Of a stretch of DNA of 64,000 bases, positions 16,368 to 25,386 are shown in pieces (positions within the stretch are counted from its first letter, which is position 1; every line of letters starts with the position of its first letter). Location of the stretch: assembly GCA_020849035.1 (NCBI GenBank), contig JADLHC010000130.1, positions 8,214 to 72,213 on the forward strand, in the 5' to 3' direction. Position numbers and translations under genes: made by a program. The notes beneath the pieces are model-generated. The model was not told the DNA's origin and did not search any database. It saw only the letters and a program-made list of their open reading frames with translations. The DNA comes from Planctomycetia bacterium. Lineage in GTDB: Bacteria; Planctomycetota; MHYJ01; WSZJ01.

Positions 16368-18179
16368 CTACTTCTTCGCGGCGGGCTCGAGCTTGGGCGC
16401 CTTCTCCCCCTGCTGGATCGTCACGAAATGGTCCGCCGGCACGTCCTTGAACTCCTGGACGGTCAGGGAGGCGTCCGGCCAGCGCACCGTCACCCTGTCA
16501 GCCTTCTTAGCCGTCCCGAGCCCGAAGTGCGCCTCCAGCGCGTCCTGGTGGTTCCCCAGGCCGCTTCCGCAGCGGATCTCCCGCGTCATCGTCAGGCCGC
16601 CCGCGACGACCGTGATTCGCGCGCCGACCCCCGCGCGGTTCGCGCCGCGGCCGGTGAGCCTCACGTTGAGCCAGTGGTTCTGCGTCCGGGCCGCGTGCTC
16701 GTTGAGAAAGAGCCCGATGTCGTTGGTCTTGATCCCGCCCATGTACTTGTCCCGGTGCTCCTGGCCGAGCCGCATGAACGACCGTCCCGCGGCGATGTCG
16801 AGGTCCCCGTCCCGGTCGACGTCGCCCAGCGAGAGATCGCCGCACCCCTCCCAGTTGAACCCTGCCGCGTCGGTCACTTCCTCAAACGTCCCGTCCCCCT
16901 TGTTGCGGTAGAGGCGCAGGAACTGCCCGTCCGGGTAGTCACCCGCGCCCAGCAGCAGGTCCAGCCAGCCGTCGTTGTCGAAGTCCCCCCACGCCACGTG
17001 CAGGTCAGCGTACTGGAAGTTCCGCGCGTCGCGGAACTCACGCTTCGGCAAGGCGTCCCACACCGGCACCCGCTTGAAGGCCCACCCCTCCTTCTCGCCC
17101 TGGTTGATCAGAAGGCTCGGCGGGTCGCTCGCCTCGCCCGCCCAGGCGTGCGCGATCTCGCCGAGGAAACAGTCGAGGTCGCCGTCGTTGTCGAAGTCGC
17201 CCACAGCGCAGTCGAACGTATTGCCGTTCGACCGGAACGGCTGCTCCGGTGGCCGCCTCATTTCCGGCGGGTACTTTCCGTGCGTGATGTCGTCCCCGGC
17301 AAACCGGGTCGCCATCCCCACCTCCTCGAAAGTCCCGTCCCCACGGTTCTTCCACAGCAGGTTCCACTGCCGTCCGTAAGCCATCTCCATCAGGTCCATC
17401 CGGCCGTCGTTGTTCCAGTCCGCGTGCGTCACGCCATAACTCGGCCGCGCACTCTTCGGCGTCCCCGGCTCCGCTTCAAGCCACATTCCCGCGGCCTTCG
17501 TCACGTCCGAGAAGCCGCCCCGGCCGTCGCCCCTCCACAGCCGGTCCGGCCCGCAGCCGTACAGCACGCCGTACTGGCGGTACTCGCGGCCCTCGAAGAG
17601 GTCGAGCTTCCCGTCGTTGTCGAAGTCGCAGATCGCCAGCGACGACGCCGGCCCCGCCGACTCCGGCTTCGTGAACTCTGAGGCGGGGGCCGCCCTGAAG
17701 CGCCCCTTTCCGTCGCCGAGGTACACGCGGCTGCGCAGGCCGTGGTCGCACTCGGGGACGGTGACCCACTCGCCCTTTTCCTGGTCGAGCGTCTCCCAGT
17801 TCGAGTGGACTCCCCAGAGCGCGTCGGTCGCGCCGTCGTTGTTCACGTCGGCGAAATACAGGTACGCCGGCACGAACTTCTGCTTCTTCGCGTTCGCGGT
17901 GTCGGCCTTCCCGTCCTTGAGCGGCGTGATCGTCACCTCGGGGAACTCGATCCCGCTGTCCTTCAGTTCCTCGAACCTCCCCTTGCGGTTCAGGAAGATC
18001 CGCTCGCGCTCGATGCAGAGGTCGAGACGCCCGTCGCCGTCCACGTCGGCGAGGACGCAGTCCTTTGCGCTCACGCCCTCGAGCCCGGACGTCTTCGCGG
18101 CGTTCGTGAACCAGGGGTCGCCGGCGCGCACGGAGGCGGCGGCGAGGAGCAGCGCGGGCAGGACGAGTCTCGTGTTCAT
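16368..18179 (-). CDS. CRTAC1-family protein (FG-GAP/VCBS repeats + ASPIC/UnbV domain)
   Basis: Starts MNTRLVLPALLLAAASVRAG (signal); repeated DxDxDG (DVDGDGRLD, DFDNDGKLD, DFDNDGDLD, DFDNDGWLD, DVDRDGDLD) and C-terminal RCGSGLGNHQDALEAHFGLG UnbV/ASPIC signature; upstream 390 codons of the listed ORF are artefact. Confidence 0.85.
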   Translation of the reverse strand: MNTRLVLPALLLAAASVRAGDPWFTNAAKTSGLEGVSAKDCVLADVDGDGRLDLCIERERIFLNRKGRFEELKDSGIEFPEVTITPLKDGKADTANAKKQKFVPAYLYFADVNNDGATDALWGVHSNWETLDQEKGEWVTVPECDHGLRSRVYLGDGKGRFRAAPASEFTKPESAGPASSLAICDFDNDGKLDLFEGREYRQYGVLYGCGPDRLWRGDGRGGFSDVTKAAGMWLEAEPGTPKSARPSYGVTHADWNNDGRMDLMEMAYGRQWNLLWKNRGDGTFEEVGMATRFAGDDITHGKYPPEMRRPPEQPFRSNGNTFDCAVGDFDNDGDLDCFLGEIAHAWAGEASDPPSLLINQGEKEGWAFKRVPVWDALPKREFRDARNFQYADLHVAWGDFDNDGWLDLLLGAGDYPDGQFLRLYRNKGDGTFEEVTDAAGFNWEGCGDLSLGDVDRDGDLDIAAGRSFMRLGQEHRDKYMGGIKTNDIGLFLNEHAARTQNHWLNVRLTGRGANRAGVGARITVVAGGLTMTREIRCGSGLGNHQDALEAHFGLGTAKKADRVTVRWPDASLTVQEFKDVPADHFVTIQQGEKAPKLEPAAKK

Positions 18180-18242
18180 CGCCCCAGAATAGCACCGGCG
18201 AGGCGGCTTGCGCCGGAAAGGGCGGACCGCGAAGATGCGCAC

Positions 18243-19985
18243 ATGCCGGGACTGCCGAATTCCGCGGAGGAGGTGCTGGCCGAAGCGCGCGCGCTGGCCG
18301 CGGGCGAAGCGCCGGGCGTGGAGGCGAGGCTGGCGGACCTGCGCGGGCTGTACCGCGAGGCGCCCCTGCTGTTCACGGGGGAGGCGCTGAAGCTGCTGAA
18401 GGAGGCGGGAGAGCGGGCGAGGAGCGCGCCGGCCGACGCGAGGGCGCTCGCGGCGCTGAAGGAGGTGTTCGGGTACCCGACGTTCCGGCCGGGGCAGCTC
18501 GAGATCATCCGCGCGGTGATGGCGGGAGGGGACTGCGTGGGCGTGATGCCGACGGGCGCCGGGAAGTCCGTGACGTACCAGGTGCCGGCGCGGCTGCTGG
18601 GCGGAGTGACCCTCGTGGTGTCGCCGCTTATCTCGCTCATGAAGGACCAGGTGGACGCGATGGGCGAAGTCGGGATCCGCGCCACGTTCCTGAACTCGAC
18701 GCTCGAGCCCGCGGAAAAGGCGCGGCGCGCCGCGAAGCTGCGCGCGGGCGAGTTCGAGATGCTCTACGCCGCGCCGGAGGGGATCGACGCCTCCGTCGGC
18801 CGCCTCCTCGATCAGCTCGACCTGAAGCTCGTCGCGGTGGACGAGGCGCACTGCATCAGCGAATGGGGCCACGACTTCCGTCCGTCCTACCGGAACCTGG
18901 CGGGCCTGAAAGGGCGCTTCGGCGGCCTCCCCATCCTCGCGCTCACCGCGACCGCGACGCCGCGCGTGAAGACCGACATCATCGAACAGCTCGCGCTGCA
19001 CGACCCGCTGGAGGTCCACGGCTCGTTCTTCCGCCCCAACCTCCGCCTGTTTGCCGTGAGAAAAGGCCAGGGCGACGGGGTGCGCGACATGATCCTCCGG
19101 CTGGTGCGCGCGCGGCGCGGCGATTCCGGGATCGTCTACTGCCTCTCGCGCAAGGCGGCGGAAGGGACGGCGGAGTTCCTCGAATCGAGGGGCGTCCGGG
19201 CCGAGGCCTACCACGCCGGCATGACGCCGGAGCAGCGCGCCCGGACCCAGGAGGCGTTCAGCCGCGACGACCTCGACGTCGTCTGCGCGACCATCGCGTT
19301 CGGCATGGGGATCGACAAGTCCAACGTCCGGTACGTCCTCCACCGCGACATGCCGCGCTCGATCGAGGGCTACTACCAGGAAATCGGCCGCGCCGGTCGC
19401 GACGGCGCGGAGTCGGACTGCGTCCTCTTCTACTCATGGGCCGACGTGATGTCCCTCGACAGGCTGCTCGAGAACTCCGGGGTCCAGGATCCCGAGGTCG
19501 CCGGGCAGCAGCGTCGCGCCGTCCGCCGCATGTTCGACCTCGCGGACGGACCCGCCTGCCTCTGGCGCCGCCTCGCGGGACATTTCGCCGAGATCATCCC
19601 GCCGTGCGGGACCTCATGCGGAAGCTGCCTCCGCAGCGACATCGTCGGCGAGGCGAAGGCCGCGTCGCTCAAGGCGCACGAGCCGGCGAAGAAGCCGCGC
19701 CGGAAGGCGCGCGCGGAGGAGCCGGCGTTCGAGCCGGCCGCGCCGGAGCCGACGGAGGCGGTCCCGGACCCCGGGCTGTTCGGGCGCCTGCGCGCCCTTC
19801 GCAGGCGCCTCGCCGACGAGCGGAAGGTCCCCGCGTTCGTCGTCTTCAGCGACCGGGCGCTTCAGGACATGGCCGCGCGCCGCCCCCGGACGCGGGAGGA
19901 GTTCCTCGACGTGCACGGCGTCGGCCAGAGGAAACTCGAGGAGTACGGCGACCTGTTTCTCGCGGAGATCGCGAAGGACGCCTAG
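18243..19985 (+). CDS. recQ: ATP-dependent DNA helicase RecQ
   Basis: FGYPTFRPGQ, MPTGAGKS, DEAHCISEWGHDFRP, zinc-binding and RQC/HRDC-like C-terminus (VFSDRALQDMAARRP); unusually long (~85 aa) N-terminal extension before motif 0. Confidence 0.9.
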   Translation: MPGLPNSAEEVLAEARALAAGEAPGVEARLADLRGLYREAPLLFTGEALKLLKEAGERARSAPADARALAALKEVFGYPTFRPGQLEIIRAVMAGGDCVGVMPTGAGKSVTYQVPARLLGGVTLVVSPLISLMKDQVDAMGEVGIRATFLNSTLEPAEKARRAAKLRAGEFEMLYAAPEGIDASVGRLLDQLDLKLVAVDEAHCISEWGHDFRPSYRNLAGLKGRFGGLPILALTATATPRVKTDIIEQLALHDPLEVHGSFFRPNLRLFAVRKGQGDGVRDMILRLVRARRGDSGIVYCLSRKAAEGTAEFLESRGVRAEAYHAGMTPEQRARTQEAFSRDDLDVVCATIAFGMGIDKSNVRYVLHRDMPRSIEGYYQEIGRAGRDGAESDCVLFYSWADVMSLDRLLENSGVQDPEVAGQQRRAVRRMFDLADGPACLWRRLAGHFAEIIPPCGTSCGSCLRSDIVGEAKAASLKAHEPAKKPRRKARAEEPAFEPAAPEPTEAVPDPGLFGRLRALRRRLADERKVPAFVVFSDRALQDMAARRPRTREEFLDVHGVGQRKLEEYGDLFLAEIAKDA

Positions 19986-20692
19986 CGCGAGTCGCCCTGG
20001 ATCACGTTGCACTTCGACGGCTTCGCCGGCCTGAACTCCACCACCACCGCCTTGCGCGCGTCCGGCACCTCGAACGCGAGCGGGACGAGGGTCTTCTCGC
20101 CCGGCCTCAGCGTGACCGGCGCGTACTCGACCGCCGCGGCCGTGTCCCGCCCGTAGCGCGCCCCGTCGGCGCTCAGCGTGAAGTACACCGGCGCGACCGA
20201 GACTTCCTCGTAACCGTGGTTCGACACCTCGACGCGCATCCCGAGGTACTGCGTGCTTCCCTCCAGGACGTTCCGCTTGTCGGGCGGCAGCACCTCCTCG
20301 TCGAACGTCACCCGCAGCACCACCCAGCGCTTGTCCTCCTGCTCCTTCCTCGCCTCCTCCGCCTTCCTCGCCGCCGCCTGCTCGTCCGCCTTCTTCGCCC
20401 GCTCCAGGGCCTGGCCGCGCTTGAAGAACACCAGCCCCCCGATTCCGCCCAGGACGAGCAGGATTGCGAGCACAGTGGGGGCGCCGCCGGCTCCTCCGCC
20501 CGGCTGCCGGGCCGGCGCCGGAGCGGCCCGGGGCCGGGGCGCCGCGGCCCGCGCCGCGGGAGCCGCCACGGGCGGCGCGGACGGCGGCAGCACCATCTGC
20601 TGCCCGCACGTGCACGATCCCACGCGTCCCCCCGCGCTGTCGGGGAACTGCAGCAGCCGCCGGCACTTCGGACAGGCCACGCTGATCGTCAC
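19982..20692 (-). CDS. zinc-ribbon / single-TM / DUF4352-like domain protein
   Basis: N-terminal CPKCRRLLQF...CTCGQ zinc ribbon, Pro/Ala linker, TM (VLAILLVLGGIGGLVFF), C-terminal beta domain; 4-bp overlap with recQ end (convergent). Confidence 0.55.
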   Translation of the reverse strand: MTISVACPKCRRLLQFPDSAGGRVGSCTCGQQMVLPPSAPPVAAPAARAAAPRPRAAPAPARQPGGGAGGAPTVLAILLVLGGIGGLVFFKRGQALERAKKADEQAAARKAEEARKEQEDKRWVVLRVTFDEEVLPPDKRNVLEGSTQYLGMRVEVSNHGYEEVSVAPVYFTLSADGARYGRDTAAAVEYAPVTLRPGEKTLVPLAFEVPDARKAVVVEFRPAKPSKCNVIQGDSR

Positions 20693-20722
20693 GGCGTCAT
20701 GCTACGAAATGCAGGGGGGCGC

Positions 20723-21127
20723 TCAATGACTCTCCTTGCCGCCGCATCCGCCGAGCTCCCTTCCCGCGTCGTACGGGCTCGGACCGCATCCGCCGCCGGC
20801 GTCGTGCCCCTCCTTCACGGTCTTGAGCGAGCCCTGCAGCCACGCGTGCAGCGCAGCCTTGGCGTCCCCCGTCGCGCCCAGCAGGATCTTGATGCCGACC
20901 ACGTCGAACATCTCCCGCGCCGGGGGAGGGCAGCCCCACGCAAGGATCTGGTTCACGCCGCGCCGCGCCAGGAACGCCGGCGGCGGCCCACCCGGGCCGT
21001 GCCCGGGATTGGGCAGCAGTTCCTCCTTCACGACCATCCCGTCCGTAAGATCGGCGAACAGGAACGACTGGCAGTGGCCGAGGTGATTCGGGATCTGTCC
21101 GTCCGTCACAGGGATCGCGACGCGCAT
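20723..21127 (-). CDS. NifB/NifX-family (dinitrogenase FeMo-cofactor-binding-like) protein
   Basis: MRVAIPVTDGQIPNHLGHCQSFLFADL...ILLGATGDAKAALHAW typical of Nitro_FeMo-Co domain; Cys/Gly-rich tail. Confidence 0.65.
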   Translation of the reverse strand: MRVAIPVTDGQIPNHLGHCQSFLFADLTDGMVVKEELLPNPGHGPGGPPPAFLARRGVNQILAWGCPPPAREMFDVVGIKILLGATGDAKAALHAWLQGSLKTVKEGHDAGGGCGPSPYDAGRELGGCGGKESH

Positions 21128-21184
21128 GGAGCCTCTCCTTTGGATAAGTGACTTACCTATACACGGACTCGACCGCCCCGCCAG

Positions 21185-21862
21185 TCACCGCGTCGATTTC
21201 GCGGGCACCTGCATCCGGTGGCCGCAGAACCGGCACGTCCCGAACGTCCCGGCGAACTCCGGCGGCGTCGCCATCTTCTTGCCGCACCCGGCGCACAGGT
21301 ACCGGATCCGGTTGTCCGCCGTCGCCGGCGCGTCGCTCTTCTTCGCCTCCGGAGCCGTCATGATGGCCGGCGTCGGCAGCCCCGTGTCCGCATGCGCCGC
21401 ACGGCCCGGAGCGGGCGCCGCCTCCTTCAACGGCGCGCTTCCCCCCTCCGCCGCCTTCTTCACCTGCGCGACCTTCTCCGCCGCAAGCGCCGCCAGCTCG
21501 TGCTTCACCCTCTCCAACTCCGCCTCCGCCTGCTCCCGCTTCCGCCGCTCCTCCACCGCCGCCGCCGCCTTCTTCTGCAGGTCCGCCTTCTCGGCCGCCA
21601 GCGTCGCCTTCTCGATCTTCAGCTTCTCGATTTCGGCGTGCGCCTTTTCGTGGAACTTCCGAAGCGTCTGCAGGTCGGCGGCCTGGCGCTCGGCGGTGGA
21701 GCGGGTGGTGGCGTGGTCCTTCGCGTCGCGGGTGAGGCGGTCGATCTCCGCGAGGGCGCGTTCCAGCTCCTCGCGGCGGACGACGTCCGTCGGCGTCACC
21801 GGCGGCGAGGCCGGCGCGCCCGGGACCGGAGCGGGAAGGGGGTTCGGATCGGTGTCGGCCAT
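21185..21862 (-). CDS. coiled-coil protein with C-terminal zinc ribbon
   Basis: Real start judged at MADTDPNPLP (21862); long coiled coil (EKLKIEKATLAAEKADLQKKAAAAVEERRKREQAEAELERVKHELAALAAEK); C-terminal CAGCGKK...CRFCGH; upstream Arg-rich part of listed ORF is GC artefact. Confidence 0.5.
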   Translation of the reverse strand: MADTDPNPLPAPVPGAPASPPVTPTDVVRREELERALAEIDRLTRDAKDHATTRSTAERQAADLQTLRKFHEKAHAEIEKLKIEKATLAAEKADLQKKAAAAVEERRKREQAEAELERVKHELAALAAEKVAQVKKAAEGGSAPLKEAAPAPGRAAHADTGLPTPAIMTAPEAKKSDAPATADNRIRYLCAGCGKKMATPPEFAGTFGTCRFCGHRMQVPAKSTR

Positions 21863-21914
21863 GCGGGCTGCCAGTGTACCGGCCGTCCGCGCGGGGTCCA
21901 CGAGCCGAGGGGGC

Positions 21915-22901
21915 CTACCGGCGCTTCTCCGGCTTCTCCTTCGATGTCGAGGCCTTGCGGCGGGGCGTCTCCTGTTTCGGCGAGGGTTCCCGTCTCGGCG
22001 CGGATTCGACGCGGGCTGAGGGGGTCTCGGGGCGGCGTGCGGGCGCCTCGACGCCCGGCCGGGGCGTGCCGGTGCGACGGACCGGCGTCTCCACGCGTGG
22101 CGCGGGGGACGGCGTCCGGGGCGCCGTCGCCCGCGGCGCCTGCGGGGTGCGTCCGCGCGGCTGCGGCGTGACCCGCTGGGGCGATTCCGCCGCGCCCCGC
22201 GGCTCAGGTCGCGAGGCACCCCCGCCCTGCGGCTCCCGGACCCTCGCCGGGGGAGCCTCCACCCGCTCCACCCTCGATCCGCCGGAACCGCCGCGGGACG
22301 CCGACATCGGCTCCCGGACCGTCGTCGACCCGCCTTCCGCCCGTGTGGGGGCCGTCGTCGAGCGGAGAACCTTCGGTTTCTTCGAGGCGGCCTTCATCGG
22401 CTCGGAGTGGTGCCCCTTCGGAGGGGAGTGCGAGAAGTGATGGCGCCTGTGACCGATGTAGACGTAGTCGTGGGCGTGGGTGTTCCAGCACCCGTGGTGG
22501 TAGAAATGGCCGCACCCGTGCCCGTGGACGTGGTGCTCCAGCATCAGGAAGCGGCACCCGTCCCAGACGCGGGCCCAGGGGTTCCCGCCGTAGATGAAGC
22601 CGTCGGTGATACCGAAATGCGCGTACCCGATCTCGACGTAGGTCCAGTCGAACGGGCGAAGGTGCCAGCAGCCATGATGGAACCAGTGGCCGCAGCCGGG
22701 GCCGTGCACGTGCGCGTCTACGTAGACCCAGGTGTGCCCGTCCCAGACGGGATCGACCTCCTCGACGATGATCACGTCCCCTTCCGGCTCGACCAGGACG
22801 ACCTCGTCCGGCGGAGGCGCGCTTTCCGCCACCGTCACGTGCCGGTGGACGCATCCCGCCAACAGCAGTCCTCCCACGAGGACAGCGGTGACCCGCTTCA
22901 T
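21915..22901 (-). CDS. His/Cys-rich lipoprotein with duplicated HVHGxGCGHxxHHGCW motif and Pro/Arg-rich tail
   Basis: Lipoprotein signal MKRVTAVLVGGLLLAGC at internal Met 22901; repeats HVHGPGCGHWFHHGCWH and HVHGHGCGHFYHHGCWN; probable metal-binding. Confidence 0.55.
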   Translation of the reverse strand: MKRVTAVLVGGLLLAGCVHRHVTVAESAPPPDEVVLVEPEGDVIIVEEVDPVWDGHTWVYVDAHVHGPGCGHWFHHGCWHLRPFDWTYVEIGYAHFGITDGFIYGGNPWARVWDGCRFLMLEHHVHGHGCGHFYHHGCWNTHAHDYVYIGHRRHHFSHSPPKGHHSEPMKAASKKPKVLRSTTAPTRAEGGSTTVREPMSASRGGSGGSRVERVEAPPARVREPQGGGASRPEPRGAAESPQRVTPQPRGRTPQAPRATAPRTPSPAPRVETPVRRTGTPRPGVEAPARRPETPSARVESAPRREPSPKQETPRRKASTSKEKPEKRR

Positions 22902-23069
22902 GGACACTTCCTCCGACTTCCGGCCTGAAATCCCCTTTTCCGGCGCCGGCGGCCGTGCAACTCCGGCCGCCGCCGCACAGGGAACGATTTTCGCAAAAGC
23001 CATGCCTCCGTTGACGGGCTCTTCCTAAAATCGCACTCTGTCCCCGGTCCCTCAGCCCGGAGGTTTCCC

Positions 23070-23867
23070 ATGCTGCGCCTGATCCCCGCTGCCGCCGCGG
23101 TCTTGCTTCTCGCGACCGTCCTGCGCGCCGAAGACTGCCCCAACTGCGCCGACGGCAAGCTCTGCCTGTCGCACGAGGCCATCGACGACATCGCCGTCAA
23201 GGATGCCGACATCAAGCTGAAGACGAAGGACATGATGGGGAAGCGGGAGGCGGTGAACGGGCTGGCGGACGCGCAGCTCAAGCACATGAACGTGCGGTCG
23301 AAGAAGATCACGATGGCGCTGGTGAAGGCGCTGGCGGATCCCGAGGAGAACGTGAAGCTCCTGGCGGCCGAGAAGATCGCCACGCTGGGGGAGCCGTCGG
23401 TGGCGGCGCAGGGGCTGGCGTCGCAGGTGGCCTGGTACAAGAAGCAGATCGGCAACAATCGGCCGAAGAAGGCGGTGGACCAGCCGGTCTGGGACGGGCA
23501 CGTGAAGATGTTGAAGCTGATGTACGAGTCGCTGGCGACGGTGAAGGATCCGTCGGTGGTGAAGACGTTCGTGGAGGACATCGGCAGTTCGTCGCCGTGG
23601 GTTGCGAAGTCCGCGGCGGAGTGCACGGCGCCGTTCAAGGAGAACAAGGAGATCGTGAAGGCGCTGATGGACGGCATGAAGAAGTGGATTGGACCGTCGC
23701 AGCAGCCGGCGCGCCCGGAGGGGACGCTGGAGGCGTTTTTCGCGTGCTCGCAGGGCCTTGAGAAGATCGTTCCCGATCCGCCGAAGGACCTGAACGGGAA
23801 GACGCAGCCGGAGTGTCTCTCGCGGTGGGACTCCTGGTGGAAGGCGAACGAGGCGAAGTACAAGTAG
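23070..23867 (+). CDS. secreted hypothetical protein
   Basis: 265 aa, signal peptide MLRLIPAAAAVLLLATVLRA, Cys pairs (CPNCADGKLC), Lys-rich; followed by strong terminator. Confidence 0.55.
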   Translation: MLRLIPAAAAVLLLATVLRAEDCPNCADGKLCLSHEAIDDIAVKDADIKLKTKDMMGKREAVNGLADAQLKHMNVRSKKITMALVKALADPEENVKLLAAEKIATLGEPSVAAQGLASQVAWYKKQIGNNRPKKAVDQPVWDGHVKMLKLMYESLATVKDPSVVKTFVEDIGSSSPWVAKSAAECTAPFKENKEIVKALMDGMKKWIGPSQQPARPEGTLEAFFACSQGLEKIVPDPPKDLNGKTQPECLSRWDSWWKANEAKYK

Positions 23868-24033
23868 GCGGGCGGGTGCGCGGGTGCGCGGGTACGCGAG
23901 TGCGCGGGAGAGAAGAAAAACGGCAACCGAGCGATCTCGGTTGCCGTCGTTGTTGACCCGCCTACCCGCGTACTCGCGCACCCGCGTACCCGCGCACCCG
24001 CGTACTCGCGTACCCGCGTACTCGCGTACCCTA
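23868..24033. repeat. nested palindrome: outer inverted arrays of an 8-bp tandem unit (GGGTGCGC / ACCCGCGT) flanking a terminator hairpin
   Basis: left arm gggtgcgcgggtgcgcgggtacgcgagtgcgcggg; right arm acccgcgtactcgcgcacccgcgtacccgcgcacccgcgtactcgcgtacccgcgtactcgcgtaccc (about 8.5 units); between convergent genes. Confidence 0.7.
23921..23946. terminator. bidirectional rho-independent terminator hairpin
   Basis: cggcaaccgag-cgat-ctcggttgccg (11-bp stem) preceded by agagaagaaaaa and followed by tcgttgttg, giving a U-tract on either strand. Confidence 0.65.
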
Positions 24034-25314
24034 CCGCGTCAGCACCACCCCCACCGGCATCGTCGCCTTCTTCAGGAACAACAGCGCGAAGCACGAGTCC
24101 AGCACGTCCGCCGGCTCCAGCTCCGTCCCGCTGTTCCAGTGACCGTCCGCCTTCTGCGCGCCCACGAGGTGCTGCGCACCCTGCACGTACCACGCGTTCG
24201 CGCCGATCATGTCGATCCCCCCCAGCACGCCCACACGCTCCAGGCCGTACAGGTAGTAATAGTGGCTCCGGTGCCCGCCCGGATTGCTCGTCACCGTCCA
24301 GTTGGCGTCGATCCACGCCAGCCCGTCGAAAATTCCCTTCTCCACCCGCGCCTGCAGCTCCTTGTTGAAGAGCGGGTTCCCCTTCAGCTGGCTCTTGATG
24401 ATGATCAGGCTGCAGACGCCCGAGGCCGTCATGCCGCCGGAAACCTGCTGGTCCTTCGTGTCCCCCGCGTTCGGCGTGTACGCCCAGCCGCGGCACTTGT
24501 CCGTCTCCATCACCATCGTGCCGCTCCCGTCGGCCGGCTTCTTCGGCTTCGCGGGAGGGCCGTCCTTCGACTGGTTCTCCAGCGTCGTGATCACCGCGTT
24601 GTAGAAGACCTTGTCGTCCACCGGCAGCCCCATGCGCACCGCCGAGACGAGGCCGAGAAGCGCGATCTGCGTCGAGCTCGTGTCCTGGTCCACGCCGAGC
24701 GGCGAGGGGAACGCCGGAGGCCCGTAGCGCCAGCCCCCCGTCCTCGACTGCGTCGCCGCCAGGAACGAGACCGCCCCCTTGCACCACGTCTCGTGCTCCG
24801 GGTCGAGCTTCGGCGTCGGCCGCTTCTCCTTCCGCGGGTCCTTCTTCGCCGCGCGCACCTGCTTCTCCCACTTTGCGTCGTAGTACGACTCGATCATCAT
24901 GATGAGGACGGCGCTCTCGTAGCACATGCACTGCATCTTGCCCCCGCCGCCGCCGACGCCCGCGGCGTTGAAGTTCGTGTCGAGGTTGCGCTTGATGTAG
25001 TCCATGCCGCTGACGATCGTCGGGTCCTCGGGGTCCACGTCGCACTCGAGGAGCGTGTAGAGGGCGAACGCGGTGATCCCGATGTAGAGGGGGTGCGCGG
25101 GGCCGGCGCCGCCCGGGTAGAGCGGGTTGTTCCCCGTGCCCCAGGAGTCCTTTTCCGCGCCGTCCTTGATCTGGCGCGCCTTGAGCCATTTGACGCCGTT
25201 GTCGATCGCCTGGTTGATCCTGGGCGGCAGGTCGGCGGGCATCGCCTGCGCGTGCGCGGCCGAGCGGGCGAGGAGGAGGGAAGCGACGAGGGCTGCGGTG
25301 GAGAGGAGGCGCAT
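24031..25314 (-). CDS. secreted prenyltransferase/squalene-oxidase-repeat-like (alpha/alpha-toroid) protein
   Basis: 427 aa; signal peptide MRLLSTAALVASLLLARSAAHAQA; repeated helical hairpin motifs with conserved aromatic/Gly (QIALLGLVSAVRMGLPVDDKVF, YYYLYGLERVGVLGG); family assignment tentative. Confidence 0.5.
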   Translation of the reverse strand: MRLLSTAALVASLLLARSAAHAQAMPADLPPRINQAIDNGVKWLKARQIKDGAEKDSWGTGNNPLYPGGAGPAHPLYIGITAFALYTLLECDVDPEDPTIVSGMDYIKRNLDTNFNAAGVGGGGGKMQCMCYESAVLIMMIESYYDAKWEKQVRAAKKDPRKEKRPTPKLDPEHETWCKGAVSFLAATQSRTGGWRYGPPAFPSPLGVDQDTSSTQIALLGLVSAVRMGLPVDDKVFYNAVITTLENQSKDGPPAKPKKPADGSGTMVMETDKCRGWAYTPNAGDTKDQQVSGGMTASGVCSLIIIKSQLKGNPLFNKELQARVEKGIFDGLAWIDANWTVTSNPGGHRSHYYYLYGLERVGVLGGIDMIGANAWYVQGAQHLVGAQKADGHWNSGTELEPADVLDSCFALLFLKKATMPVGVVLTR

Positions 25315-25386
25315 CGGTAATCCCCTATGTGAGGGAGGCTCGGGCGAATGTAGCAGGTCGGGGCGGCGCGTGGAAGAACGCGGCGG

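Noticed and set aside
16281-17681. 466-aa plus-strand ORF
   Set aside because: Antisense to the CRTAC1-family gene.
18887-21151. Long plus-strand ORF 18863-21151 and several Arg-rich ORFs
   Set aside because: They are out of frame with or antisense to recQ and the zinc-ribbon/NifX-like genes, and show no motifs.
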